A stretch of 64,000 bases of DNA from Octopus vulgaris (Eukaryota): NCBI GenBank assembly GCA_951406725.2, contig OX597835.1:35526001-35590000 (forward strand), written 5' to 3'. Position numbers and translations under genes: made by a program. The stretch's first letter is position 1, and each line of letters starts with the position of its first letter. Shown here in pieces: positions 1 through 13,744 of the stretch. The notes beneath the pieces were generated by a model. That model saw nothing but the letters and a program-made list of their open reading frames with translations, did not search any database and was not told the origin of the DNA.

Positions 1-20
1 CAACAACAATATATATATAT

Positions 21-185
21 AGTTAATCCAAACATGAAAACACAAAGAGAAAACACAACGCGAGGACGTGGAACAAGTATAGTATTATTGGACGCTCAGG
101 AAAGAAGGAAAGAAGGAGGGTTTAACATTTCGAGCGGAGCTCTTCGTCAGAAACCTAGGAAAAGGAAAGATCCAAAGAAGGAAAA
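21..185 (-). mobile_element. Short hammerhead-bearing non-coding element (Penelope-like pLTR / retrozyme fragment) in (TA)n
   Basis: Flanked by (TA)n on both sides; closely similar to 59196-59396 with the same 3' end (minus strand ...ttgg(a/t)ttaacTA) and a different 5' truncation; contains a hammerhead core. Confidence 0.75.
119..155 (-). ncRNA. Minimal type-I hammerhead ribozyme (one stem III substitution)
   Basis: Minus strand GGTTT-CTGACGA-A-GAGC-TCC-GCTC-GAA-ATGT-T-AAACC: stem I GGTTT/AAACC, stem II GAGC/GCTC, stem III ATGT (palindromic ACGT in the sister copy at 59.3 kb). Confidence 0.8.
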
Positions 186-233
<48 letters not shown>

Positions 234-921
234 GAATTGATTGATTGATTGATGGACTGAGTGGTTGATTTGGTTTATTGGTGAAATTTCCGTTTCATAA
301 ACAGTAAAATTAGTCAATATATAACATAGAGTGTATATTTAATTAAAAAGTGAGATTTCGGGAATCAGAACAACGTAGCACTCAGTTTCACAGTAGCAAT
401 TATGAAGAATAATGAAATGTAGAAGTAGCGTGACAATATATAGGAAAAATATTCATCCATCGAAATACGAATTGTCAAAATTACATAGCATAGCTACTTG
501 TATAGTTGGCCACCAACCAAAACAGAAAGAGTTTAGAAAAATGTAACTTACTATTTAATTCGCAATGCACTTAGTATTTTTAATCTGTTGACGGGACGAA
601 AGACATCATATAGTTATGTTTTCGGTATCATATGTGTAAAACACACGTACGTACAAAAGGCCGCATTGTTAATTATTTTTAATGTTACATATTGTTCCGC
701 AGCACCCATAAATCAACAATTCAATTGTCTGATGATATATGAATATGGAATATAGTGCTACTATTCAAGAAGATCTAATGAGAGAGAGAGAAAGAGGTGT
801 ATATATATAGAGAAAGAGAGAGATAGAGAGAGAGAGAGAAAGTGAGAGAAATACTGACAGATACACACACACACAAACACATAAACATGAACTAATTATA
901 TTATAGTAATCACCGATAATT

Positions 922-1282
922 AACTGACACTTCGTCGGTTATGACGACGAGAATTCTAGTTGATACGATCAACGGAACAGCCTGTTTGTGAAATTAACGT
1001 GCAAATGTCAGAGCACTCATATGTGTCCCCTTAACGTGATGTGTCTCCTTAACGCAGATATGTGTCTCCTTAACGTAGTTCTCAGGGAGATTCAGCATGA
1101 CATAGAATGTCTCAAGACTGGCACTTTGAAATACAGGTGCAACTCATTTTTGCCAGCTGAATGAATCGAAATAGCGTGAAATAAAGTGTCTAGCTCAGAG
1201 ACATCATGTGCCACCAGGAATCGAACTCACAAATTTATGATCGTGATCCGAATATTCTAATCAATAGGCCACGCACCTCCAC
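922..1282 (-). mobile_element. tRNA-headed SINE, family B-related, diverged
   Basis: Reverse complement matches the body and tail of 38425-38811 and 58271-58595 (cctgtatttcaaag...ctgttccgttgatcg...cgtcgt(c/-)ataaccgacg); A/B-box head near 1210-1280; internal triple repeat of atgtgtcYccttaacg at 1021-1075. Confidence 0.75.
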
Positions 1283-1679
1283 CAAACCATCGCGAATGCA
1301 TAAATGGGAAGCAGCATATTGCAGTTCGACATCGTTCAGAGAATAATACTGCAATGGTTTAGTACAATTGATGACACATTTGAGAATTGTGCGCTTTTAT
1401 ACAAACTAAGAGGAAGTCATACGATATGAAAACATTAAAAGAAAAGAAACGTAGAAGAAAATCGTGATGCCGTTACAACACAAACACACACACACATATA
1501 TACATAATACGTATACAGAGCACATACATCTATTTACACATATTCATAAATACATGCACACATTCACATACACAAATAGCTATAAATATATACACATACG
1601 GGAGGATACCTCTTTCAATTAATCTGCCATATTTAACCATGATGTTATGCACTCTATTTCTGTTATGCACTCCTACAAT

Positions 1680-2410
<731 letters not shown>

Positions 2411-3004
2411 ACACGTATATCAAATTCAAGTACAGGACAGCGGTACACGTAGAAAATGTTGCTATCAGCATGAGCTGGGACCTCTTCAGTGCCTGGAGCA
2501 CTAATGAAGATAAAGCTGTGCTTACTAGAGAGTAGTAAAAAATTGCTTCAACAGTCTTCTTCCTCGTGTGTTTTTGCTCGTTCAGAACTAATTTTTTTTT
2601 ATTTTCCCTCATAATAAACTGCTTTTTTTTTAATATATATTTATATAAGTCTTTCTTTTTTGCTATCGATAAGATTAAAAGCGAAAGAGATGAAATTGGT
2701 GCGCAGAGGTAGAATTAAAAGCCGTGAAAAGATGAGTTAACGTGGCATAGCCGTTGGGTTCCGGGGAGATGGTGCATCTTAAGCGGAGTGGAGGATGTGA
2801 TGAAGTCGCATTTACTGCATCAACCGTGTGGTTTATATTTAAGTTTCAGACGAGGCTATCTATATAAGTATCGCGCAGCTTCGATTATAGAAGGGCAACG
2901 TTGAAATAACTTGATGAAATTTACGTCTGTACGCGTGTCTGTATGCGTGTGAATGTGTTTGTGCATACATGCGTATGTATATGTATGCATGTATATAAAT
3001 ATAA

Positions 3005-3044
<40 letters not shown>

Positions 3045-3108
3045 ATACATATGTATATATATGCACATACATGCATACATATATGCATACTGTGTCTGTG
3101 TATGTACG

Positions 3109-3154
<46 letters not shown>

Positions 3155-3183
3155 ATGTGTATATATATGCTGACCTAGTATAC

Positions 3184-3214
<31 letters not shown>

Positions 3215-3280
3215 AATATACATATATATATTTATATATATTCATATATATATATACATATATACTTATATGAATATATA

Positions 3281-3323
<43 letters not shown>

Positions 3324-3547
3324 GTGTGTGTATGTATGTGTATATATATATATACTTATATGAATAAACATACATACACTCCACCACCCACACACACTCT
3401 TACATACACACACATACAGTTATCAATGTAGAGTGTGTAATTTTAAATGTTGAGTTGCTATAAGTTTATTTTGGTCTGTTTGAACTCTTCTTCTTCTTCT
3501 TCTTCTTCTTCTTCTTCGTCGTCGTCGTCAATTATCATCATCATAAT

Positions 3548-3646
<99 letters not shown>

Positions 3647-3915
3647 AACTACTACTATTGCTTTTATTTCTTTTCCGTATTTTTGAATAATCTTTGTCAG
3701 ACCCAGGAATTCTTCGTTTCACATTCTTGTTACATGCACAGACTGACAGAGAGACAGACAGATATACACACACATTTACACACACACACACACGTATACA
3801 CACACACTCACACATGCACACACTTACACATGCATAGATATATAAATTTCACCTGTATGTATAAGTATATATTTATATGTATGAATGTATGTGTACAAAT
3901 GTATGTTTGCGTACT

Positions 3916-3946
<31 letters not shown>

Positions 3947-4015
3947 ATTTATATATAGGTATATATATATATATGTGTGTGTATGTATATATATATGTAT
4001 ATATATATATTCATA

Positions 4016-4053
<38 letters not shown>

Positions 4054-4107
4054 TATATATATATATTCATATATATATATATGTACATATATATATATAT
4101 ATATATA

Positions 4108-4245
<138 letters not shown>

Positions 4246-4707
4246 TGTATCCTTTTTTCTTCCAGCCGTGACTGCAATTGGCCTAATCTCGTACGTGACT
4301 GCTATCCACTCCTGTGTGTGTGTATGTATTACTAGTTGTTGTAAGAAGAGTTAGCGAGTTAGTGTGTGTGAGGTGCGATTTAATACGGGTTTTATGTGGT
4401 TTTATGTATGGATGTGTGATGTGCAGTGATGTGAATGTCAAAATGTGGCGTAATGTGCTTGTAGGTTCGTGATGTTGCGGAGTGGCGTTCATGGCGTTTG
4501 GTGGGGCGTTGAGGGCGGCGGGGGGGGGGTGATGTTGGTACTCCCGATTGACTTGGCTATGAAAAGAGAAAAAAAAATGTGGAAAAGAAAAAAAATAGCA
4601 ATTCGGATGTTCATTTGAGGGACTTTTGCTCCAGGTATTTTAGCTAAACTGTATTAAGAGAGATATATAGACACTGATCGATATACATACATACCTACAC
4701 ACACACT

Positions 4708-4738
<31 letters not shown>

Positions 4739-4824
4739 CTATGTATATATATATACATACATATATATGTTCATATGTATATATATATTTATACGCATAT
4801 ATACGTATACTTATCTATCTATCA

Positions 4825-4869
<45 letters not shown>

Positions 4870-4984
4870 TGCATATGTATATATATATATATGTATATAT
4901 ATGTGTGTGTGTGTGTGTGTATGTGTGTGTGTATGTATGTATATATATATAGATAGAGAGAAAGAGAGTGAGAGAGAGATAGAC

Positions 4985-5034
<50 letters not shown>

Positions 5035-5069
5035 CGAGATAGATGGAGAGATAGACAGATAGATAAATA

Positions 5070-5121
<52 letters not shown>

Positions 5122-5638
5122 GTAATAAATATATAGAAAGATCGAAATATATAAATAGTAAAAATGAGGATTGCAGATTGAATGACGCTGGGACGGTCGT
5201 GTAAGAAACTGGGAGATCGAATAACACAACGACAAAGAAGATAAAGCGGAAGAAGAAGAAGAAGAAGAAGAAGAAGAAGAAGAAGAAGAAGAAGAAGAAG
5301 AAGAAGAAGAAGAAGAAGAAGAAGAAGAAGAAGAAGAAGAAGAAGAAGAAGAAGAAGAAGAAGAAGAAGAAGAAGAAGAAGAAGAAGAAGAAGAATAAAT
5401 TGCCAAAAAGATAAATATAAAAGCCAAAAAAACTCGAATGATTGACTGTGTAACTGGAAGCAATATTACTAAACAGTCGGGTGGGAGCTAATTGCTTACA
5501 ATATCGAACAATGCAGTTGAGCATCTCTTGTAGGTATGCAGTGGAATGTGTTTTGGAGGCGCTTAAAATCGGCTAATCATTTTCGTGAGGTTGGAATTAA
5601 ATGTACGTCTGTTGGTACTATGTATGAATATACGCATG

Positions 5639-5669
<31 letters not shown>

Positions 5670-6356
5670 GTATGTATGTATGTATGTATGTATGTATGTA
5701 TGTTTGTATATACGTACGTATGTATTATGTATGTATGCATGTATGTATGTATGTATATATGTATGTATGTATGTATGTATGTTTGTATATACGTACGTAT
5801 GTATTATGTATGTATGCATGTATGCATGTATGTATGTATGTATATATGTATGTATGTATGTATAGAATGTATGTATGTATGTACGTATGTATGTATGTAC
5901 GTATGTATGTATGTATGTATGTATGTATGTATGTATGTATGTATGTATGCATGCATCTCTGCATGTATGTATGTATGTATGTATGTATGTATGCATGTAT
6001 GTATGTGTGTATATATGTATGTATGTATGGATTGATTGATGGATGGATGGATGAGGAAAAATCAAAATTTATGCTTGTGTGTGACTATGTATGTATGTAT
6101 GTATGTATGTATGTATGTATGTATGCCTGCATGCATGCATGTATGTACGTATGTATGTATGCATGTAAGTATGAATGTATGTGTGCTTCTATGTATGTAT
6201 GTATATATGTTTGTATGTATACGCATATATACATAAACATGGCTGTTATCTCTATCTATATATATATGTATATATTAGAATGATTATTTCATTCTCTTGT
6301 CTACTTGTAGTGAAACGTTTATTACTCACCTTTCTCTAATATCGTTTGTTCAATGC

Positions 6357-7285
6357 ATACATATCTTAACTGTAAATCTATACTATACTAATTGGCACAA
6401 GTATAAGTGATCTAGAATATCATGAAACCCATGTTAGAAAGACTCATATGACATATTCTTCCATTTTCGAAACAAATTAAGAGTGATAAACTAATAGTGT
6501 TTTCCGAAATATTTGAAATACAAGTTAATTACCATCATCTTTTTAATACCTAAACTGTAAAACTATCATACTCGACTACTCTTGCTTTATCTTAAAGTAA
6601 TCTGCGCGTAATTATCTTAAGCTTGACCTAAGCCTTAAGAATTATTTTTGCAAGTGAGAATTTGCCTTTTGAAATTAATATATGTCACAAATATATGAAT
6701 ATGGAATATTGTGCTACTATTCAAGAAAATATAATGAGAGAGAGAGAGAGAGAGAAAGAGAGTTGTATAGAGGGAGAAAGAGAGAGATAGGGAGAGAGAA
6801 AGTGAGAGATAGAGAGAGAGAGAAATTGCGAGAAAGACTGACAGATACACACACACACAAACACACAAACACGAACTAATTATATTATATTAATCTCCGA
6901 TAATTAACTGACACTTCGTCGGTTGTGACGACGAGAATTCCAATTGATATATACATATCTTAACTGTAAATCTATACTATACTAATTGGCACAAATATAA
7001 GTGATCTAGAATATCGTTAGAAAGATTCATATGACATATTCTTCCATTTTCGAAACAAATTAAGAGTGATACAGTAATAGTGTTTTCCGAAATATTTGAA
7101 ATACAAGCTTAATTACCATCATTTTTTTAAATACCTAAACTGTAAAACTGTCATACTCCACTACTCTTGCTTTCTCTTAAAGTAATCTGCATTTAATTAT
7201 CTTAAGCTTGACCTAAGTATTAATAATTTGTTTTTGTAGATGGGAATTTGTCTTTTGAAATTAATATATGTCATAAATATATTTT
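6357..7285. repeat. Local direct duplication (~330 bp, 6357-6690 vs 6951-7285) enclosing a copy of 736-965
   Basis: atacatatcttaactgtaaatctatactatactaattggcacaa occurs at 6357 and 6951; the spacer 6691-6948 matches 736-965. Confidence 0.85.
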
Positions 7286-8031
7286 AACTAACCTAAAGTT
7301 CGTTTATTCCTACTCATCATTTGTTCCTGTTATTGGGACCATTGGGCGAGTAACGCAACCCAGTCTGTGATATTGACTGTTTTTGTCTTTATAACTGCCC
7401 AGCATTATCGTTTTTCGGTATTCTTCATTACGGAAGGCTAGAGAGCCAGAAACGTCCATTTGGGAATCTGACAGGAGGAAGGTTGGTGCAAATATGGTAT
7501 GTTTACACCTTTCACTATAATGAAGAAATTTGTCTCCACAGCAACTGCAGTGGATAAGCCTTTAGAAGTTAAGATGCCGTCGCTATTATGCGAAAGTCCA
7601 AAACGTTGCTTTTTCAGAAAACAAAAAAAATAATTTCACCATTCCATTTTTTCTATATTTTTACATTAATAACGGTTTCAGCTTAACAATAATACTTTGT
7701 TGGGTGCATAAAATCGTAACTCCATGCATGTATGAGATTTTCAGCCAGAATTATTTTTGCAAAATTGTCGTATGTGGGATTTACTACACTTTTGAAAAAT
7801 GCTAAACCGCTGTACTACATTCTCACAATCTTTGATATCTTGGCATCTGAAGCAGCTGGAGATACGATAGTTTGACGAAAAGAACCGGCCATTGCAATCA
7901 CAATTAAATATTGAAAAAATAAAACGGATTTGGCCAAATTTGGACATACAATAGTTTAACATAATAGCAACAAGATATGTGTATGTGAGTGTCTGTTTGT
8001 GCATCAATCCATCCATCCATTCATTTCTTCC

Positions 8032-8112
<81 letters not shown>

Positions 8113-8135
8113 GCTAGCTAGCTAGCTAGCTATAT

Positions 8136-8188
<53 letters not shown>

Positions 8189-8203
8189 AATATATATATA
8201 TGA

Positions 8204-8241
<38 letters not shown>

Positions 8242-8277
8242 GTATATATATATATATGATTTGATTTTGATTTTCCC

Positions 8278-8315
8278 AGTTTCAGCTAATGAGCTGTGGC
8301 CATTCTGGGGCACCA
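8278..8315 (-). mobile_element. Tiny 3'-tail fragment of the CR1/L2-group LINE
   Basis: Minus strand ggtgccccagaatggccacagctcattagctgaaactg matches the LINE tails at 11330 and 16845. Confidence 0.65.
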
Positions 8316-8357
8316 TATATATACATATATATATATACATATATATATATATACATA

Positions 8358-8430
<73 letters not shown>

Positions 8431-8590
8431 TCCTATATATATATACATATATATACATATGAAAGTATATATACATAATATATACTTATATATACATATA
8501 TGTGCATATATTTATTCAAATATATGTGTGTGTATATATATTAATATATTCATATATATGTCTATGTGTTTGTATGTATATATAAGTATA

Positions 8591-8623
<33 letters not shown>

Positions 8624-8680
8624 GTGCACATACATATATGCATATATATATATATATAAATATATATATAAATAAATAAA

Positions 8681-9064
8681 TCTCTCTATATATAAACGGC
8701 AGTTTGTCTGTGTGTGTTTCTGTGTGTCTGTTTGCTTGTACCCTCACCCTGACCACGGCTTTCAACCGATTCTGATGAAACTTGACACACACATAGCCCA
8801 ATGTCATAATTCAAAACTAACGCAGCGAAAATTTTGAAAAGTTCCCCCAGTTCTGAAAGAAATCGATAAATTCGACATGGGGTCGAGAATCAGAAACACA
8901 AACCACAGACTGTCATGGGGACGCAACTCGACCTTTTTAACTCTCAAAAAAATTTTACCATAATTTTTTTCCCATTTTTTTGCTAATTTTTGGCTATAAC
9001 TCTCTAAAAATGCTTTATAGTTATTTCCCTTACAAACCCGAGCAACGCCGGGCGATACTGCTAG
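8681..9064 (+). mobile_element. Non-autonomous Helitron
   Basis: 5' TC(tctctatatataaa) after an A; subterminal GTCT/GT microsatellite; 3' hairpin CCCG-agcaacgc-CGGG, then CTAG followed by T; no TSD. Confidence 0.85.
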
Positions 9065-9074
9065 TATATATATA

Positions 9075-9114
<40 letters not shown>

Positions 9115-9115
<1 letters not shown>

Positions 9116-9361
9116 TGGGTTGGTGCATAATTATTGCGGCCTTTTTCTACAAATTTTGTTCAACAAAAACAGTAACAATATTTAACAAAAACTTCTTTAA
9201 ATGACGGTCTGACCGTCTGCCAAGCAAATGGGAAGCAATAATTGAAGTAGATGGCGAATATGCTCCGGAATAATCACTTAAAGATGCTTTTGTTACACGT
9301 TCTTATTGTTTTTGTTTAATAAAATTTGTTGAAAAAGCCGAAATAATCATGCATCAACCCC
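9115..9361 (+). mobile_element. Internally deleted mariner element (MITE)
   Basis: TA then TIR ttgggttggtgcataattattgcggc, opposite TIR gccgaaataatcatgcatcaaccc; internal remnant encodes DRLPSKWEAIIEVDGEYAPE*, a mariner transposase C-terminus. Confidence 0.8.
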
Positions 9362-9688
9362 AGGACATATTCTTTGTAACCCTAGTACTTATTCTATCGG
9401 TTGCTTTTGTCGAACCGCTAAGTTATGGGGATGTAAACACACAAGCGTCGGTTGTCAAGCGATGTTGGGGGTCAAACACAGACACACAAACACACACACA
9501 CACACACACATACATATATATATACGACGGGCTTCTTTCAGTTTCCGTCTACCAAATCCATTCACAAGGCTTTGGTTGGTCTGAGGTTATAGTAGAAGAC
9601 ACTTGGCCAAGGTGCCACGCAGTGGGACTGAACACGGAACCATGTGGCTGGTAAGCAAGCTACTTACCACAAAGCCACTCCTAGCCTA
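9358..9688 (-). mobile_element. tRNA-derived SINE family A (3'-truncated)
   Basis: Matches the family A consensus aggcgcaggagtggctgtgtggtaag...ccttgggcaagtgtcttc...(TA)(TG)...catcgcttgacaaccg. Confidence 0.9.
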
Positions 9689-9700
9689 TAAAATGCTTTA

Positions 9701-9780
9701 CGCCCGCAGAGAGACTCGAACCCGCGCCCCTCAGATTACTTCTAAGGTTGACCTATAAAAGTCTGATGCTCTACGGACTA
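9701..9780 (-). pseudogene. tRNA-Lys(UUU) with a 19-nt intron, lacking the 5' acceptor strand
   Basis: Minus strand tagtccgtagagcaTCAGA-CT-TTT-A-[taggtcaaccttagaagta]-A-TCTGA-ggggcgcgggttcgagtctctctgcgggcg; intron at the canonical 37/38 position (9737-9755); TTTT 7 nt downstream; the first ~12 nt are missing. Confidence 0.8.
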
Positions 9781-9831
9781 TGTATTTTTTAAACATATAT
9801 CTATACATACATACATATATACATACAAACA

Positions 9832-11062
9832 TTACCCCTCTGCAAAAGAATTTTATTTAATTCATTTTGCAGGAAGGACTGCTTCGGCCGGATCGTGTTC
9901 TGCCCTTACCTTCGAAACACGCATTGTGTCGAACAAGGGGCAGCTTGTATTGTTTGCCTTATACTCTGTGTTTTCGTTGTTAAAAAAAAGTCCGTTTCCT
10001 TGTTTGTTTTATGTTTTCGTTTCTCGTTGTGTTCTACGTTTATTTGTGGTGTCCTGTACTCTTATATATATATATATATGCAAGTATATATACATATAGA
10101 TGGAGGTATGTACATATATGTATGTATGTATGCATATGTTTTATTTGTTAAATTGTTATTATATGATTGAACGCCTCGCATCACTTTCTTATTTCTCCAA
10201 GTATGTTTTTATTATAATAATTATGACGCGCACTCTCAACTCTTTACTTGACTTTTCCTTCCTGCCTGTCTGTCTTCCTCTCTACCTGTGTCTCTCCTTC
10301 TTATTTTTTACACTTTCTGGTTTCTTTTCCTCTCTTTATCTCACTCCTCCTCCTCCTCCTCCTCCTCCTCCTCCTCTCTCTCACTCCTCCTCCTCCTCCT
10401 CCTCTCTCTCTCACTCCTCCTCTCTCTGGCCGCTGACCGGACTACCTAACTTCCTTTCTCTCGCTGCTTTCAACAAGTCAACATCGACTTTCTTCTTGTC
10501 TCCCGCAAGTCGATCTTCTGAATTGCGTTCCAACGAATTTTTTCACCGTCTAGGCTTAAAAAAGCCCTTAATGTTTGTTTCCTTGTCCTGTTTTTATTCT
10601 TTATGTGTACTGTATTTTTATTTATTTGTATTGCTTTTACGTCCTGTTCTTGCCACATTTTTTTTTACCCCTCTGCAAAAGAAATTTATTTAATTCATTT
10701 TGCAGGAAGGACTGCTTCGGCCGGATCGTGTTCTGCCCTTACCTTCGAAACACGCATCGAGTCGAACCAGGGGCAGCTGATGAAGAGGAATATTCCTTGT
10801 ATTGTTTGTCTTATACTCTGTTTTTTCGTTGTTAAAAAAAGGTCCGTTTCCTTGTTTGTTTTTATGTTTTCGTTTCTCGCTGTGGTCTACGATTATTTGT
10901 GGTGTCCTGTACTCTTATATATATATATATATGCATGTATATATACATATAGATGTAGGTATGTACATATATGTATGTATGTATGCATATGTTTTATTTG
11001 TTAAATTGTTATTATATGATTGAACGCCTCGCGTCACTTTCTTATTTCTCCAAGTAAGTTTT

Positions 11063-11066
<4 letters not shown>
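9832..11066 (+). mobile_element. Retrozyme-like non-coding element, ~1.45 tandem units (period 833 bp)
   Basis: 9832-10215 is repeated at 10665-11066; flanked by TA-rich repeats; no real ORF; one hammerhead-core motif per unit, with a ~20-nt deletion removing CTGATGA in the first unit. Confidence 0.75.
10668..10788 (+). ncRNA. Candidate type-II-order hammerhead-like ribozyme with pseudoknots
   Basis: CCCCT-[CTGCAAAA..TTTTGCAG]-GAAGG...CTGCCCTT-A-CCTTC-GAAAC...GTC-GAACC-AGGGGCAG-CTGATGA-AGAGG; the sister unit at ~9914 has stem III ACAC-gcatt-GTGT-C. Confidence 0.6.
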
Positions 11067-11117
<51 letters not shown>

Positions 11118-11157
11118 TAGGGAGAGATAGATAGATAGACGCACACATACACACACA

Positions 11158-11193
<36 letters not shown>

Positions 11194-11324
11194 GACATTG
11201 TGTTAGAACACAGAATACTGCGTTATTTAAGAAGAGAGGACCTCTCATGTGGATTCGTGATGGATAAAAGCACTCATATATTGTTGGCATCTGTGGCAGT
11301 CTCTATTCAGACACTAATGTTGGC

Positions 11325-11990
11325 TTTTTTTTTCAGCTCATAGCTGCGGTTATGCTGATGCACCACCGTTTTGCTACACTGTTATTACCGAGAGCCTCCT
11401 CCAATATGTGGCACTTGGTGAAGAATGGAGTCTGATGTAGCTACGCTCATTTGCACCTCTTGCCGTGAGGTTGGTTCATCTGGGCTCTCAACAGGAAGAG
11501 GTCCAGCTTTGATTTAAAAACGCCTACACCTACTTTATGCAGGTTCCTCAGGCTCTTTGGGAGAATGCTAAAAAGCTGTGGGTCCCTGAAACCCAGGCTG
11601 TTGCAGCAGCTGGTCCTTTAGCGCGATGGCGTTGCTGTCGTCCCGTTCTGGCATTGGAGTAGCTTTCAATGACAAAATTTGGCACAATTCCTATAAGGAT
11701 TTTCCAGGTGTATATTACTGCATACCTTTCCCGTCTTCTCTCCAAGGAGTAGAGACTTAGCTGTTTCAGTAGCTGAGCAGTTGCAAAGAGACGATCTTCT
11801 TTGTGAATCTTCTCTGGGTTGCTTGAAGGTCCGCTGTTAATTTCACACTGGTGGGTGACCATAGCTGCGAGAAGTAATCCAGGCGGCTGAGGAGGAATGT
11901 CCTCCAGAAGACCATAATGGTTTCCTTATCTCTGGTTCTGAATGTTCTCAGGATCCATCCAGCCAGTCGTCTGCACTTTGTTGCCATCCT
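11325..11990 (-). mobile_element. CR1/L2-group LINE 3' fragment (frameshifted ORF2 end plus 3' tail)
   Basis: Peptides WILRTFRTRD...LSRLDY.SQLWSP...QRRFTK and LSLYSLERRRERYAVIYTWKI are typical of the post-RT C-terminus of CR1/L2-group ORF2. Confidence 0.85.
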
Positions 11991-12266
11991 GACTTATTAA
12001 AATAATAATTAATAGTGACAGAAACAGTATCAATACCAAAAAGCAATTTTCATCCCAAAGAGAAGTTTTGTCATGAAATTATATCCTCATCCTAGATTTT
12101 CACCTGTCTTCACCGAAACTTTATGAACTTTCACATTCTCGATCCCACCTAGTTCCCTGATATATATTGTTTGAATATATGCATGTGCACACACACACAC
12201 ACACACGCATACCCACGCATACACACACACATATGTATATATACAACTACTGCGTTGATCTCTTAG

Positions 12267-12508
12267 AGATTACAATATGTTCATTTGCAGTGAAAACAAA
12301 TAAATAAATCTTATAAGATTTGTTTATATTGTGTCTTTGAAAAACTTAGCTCCTAGAATGAAATAGGAAAACCATCACCTTATTAGATATGATAGATTTA
12401 AACTCTAACAATTCCTGCTTTTTTTCCTACAGGGACCGAAAAGCGAAGTCCCTAAGTGAGATAGTTTAACCCTCACAATCTTCACTGCAAATGAGCATCT
12501 TGAAATCA
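12267..12508. repeat. Imperfect inverted-repeat element (possible MITE)
   Basis: gattacaatatgttcatttgcagtgaa and ttcactgcaaatgagcatcttgaaatc, about 190 bp apart. Confidence 0.4.
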
Positions 12509-12689
12509 TTTATCGATCTATCATATTTCCTGGCTTTTATTAGTAGCGTAGACCATCATCACTTTCTTCAGATTCTTGATTTCACCTCGTAAATGAAATA
12601 GCGATGAAAATGTCGAAAAGAACAAAACAAAACAATCAACAACAAAAAAAGAAAAAAACAAGAAGCGAGGGAGAGAGAGGGGTAGGGAA

Positions 12690-12758
<69 letters not shown>

Positions 12759-13197
12759 CTATTGTTTATGCAAATGGCTCCTACTTTAATGGAAATGATT
12801 CCGGAATTATGGAATGCTTATTGTTTGGTTTTGCTAGAGGTTATTCAAAATTATGTGATGATCTACATAAATTGCTTTCATAATGATTTAACTTCACAAA
12901 GACGATAAAAAACAACAACAACAACAACGACAAGAAAAAACACTGACAGAAATCATTCTATGAAAAGCATATGTGTGTATGTATGTATGTAGGTATATAT
13001 GTATACATGTTTGTATGTGGGTATGTATGCATGCATGCATGTATGTATGCTCGTGGGAATGCATCTGTGTATGTTTGTATGTATGTATATATGTATGCAT
13101 GCATATATGTATGCGCGTGTGAATGCATCTGTGTATGTATGTGTGTGCGTGTCTGTGTATGTGTGTGTTTGTGTGAGTGTGTGTGTGTGAGCAATAC

Positions 13198-13245
<48 letters not shown>

Positions 13246-13622
13246 ATTTATATACGAGGAAAAAAAAGCAAAAATATGCGTACGGAAACTGCAGGAAGAA
13301 TGGAAATTATAAAAAATAATTTGTATACATTTACCACACACACACAAACACAAACATACACACGTACACACATACACGCACATACATGCACAGTCATGCA
13401 CATTGAAGCACACACAAACATTCGCAAGCATACGCATACACACGCACTCGTATACTCACACTCAAGCATATACACATACGGATATATGTGCATGTGCGCG
13501 AGCGTATATATATATATATATATATATGGGGGTGGGTTTACATATGGCTGTGTTTGAGTGTGTATATGTGTTTATGCATGTATTGAATATATTATGTTGG
13601 ACTCACCGTTAAGCATAAAGAT

Positions 13623-13705
<83 letters not shown>

Positions 13706-13744
13706 GTATGTCTGTCTGTTTGTCTATCTATCTACATCTCTATC

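Noticed and set aside
7300-7960. Non-repetitive stretch that might be an exon or a DNA-transposon relic (similar 17180-17460)
   Set aside because: No convincing ORF, splice pair or TIR could be identified by eye.
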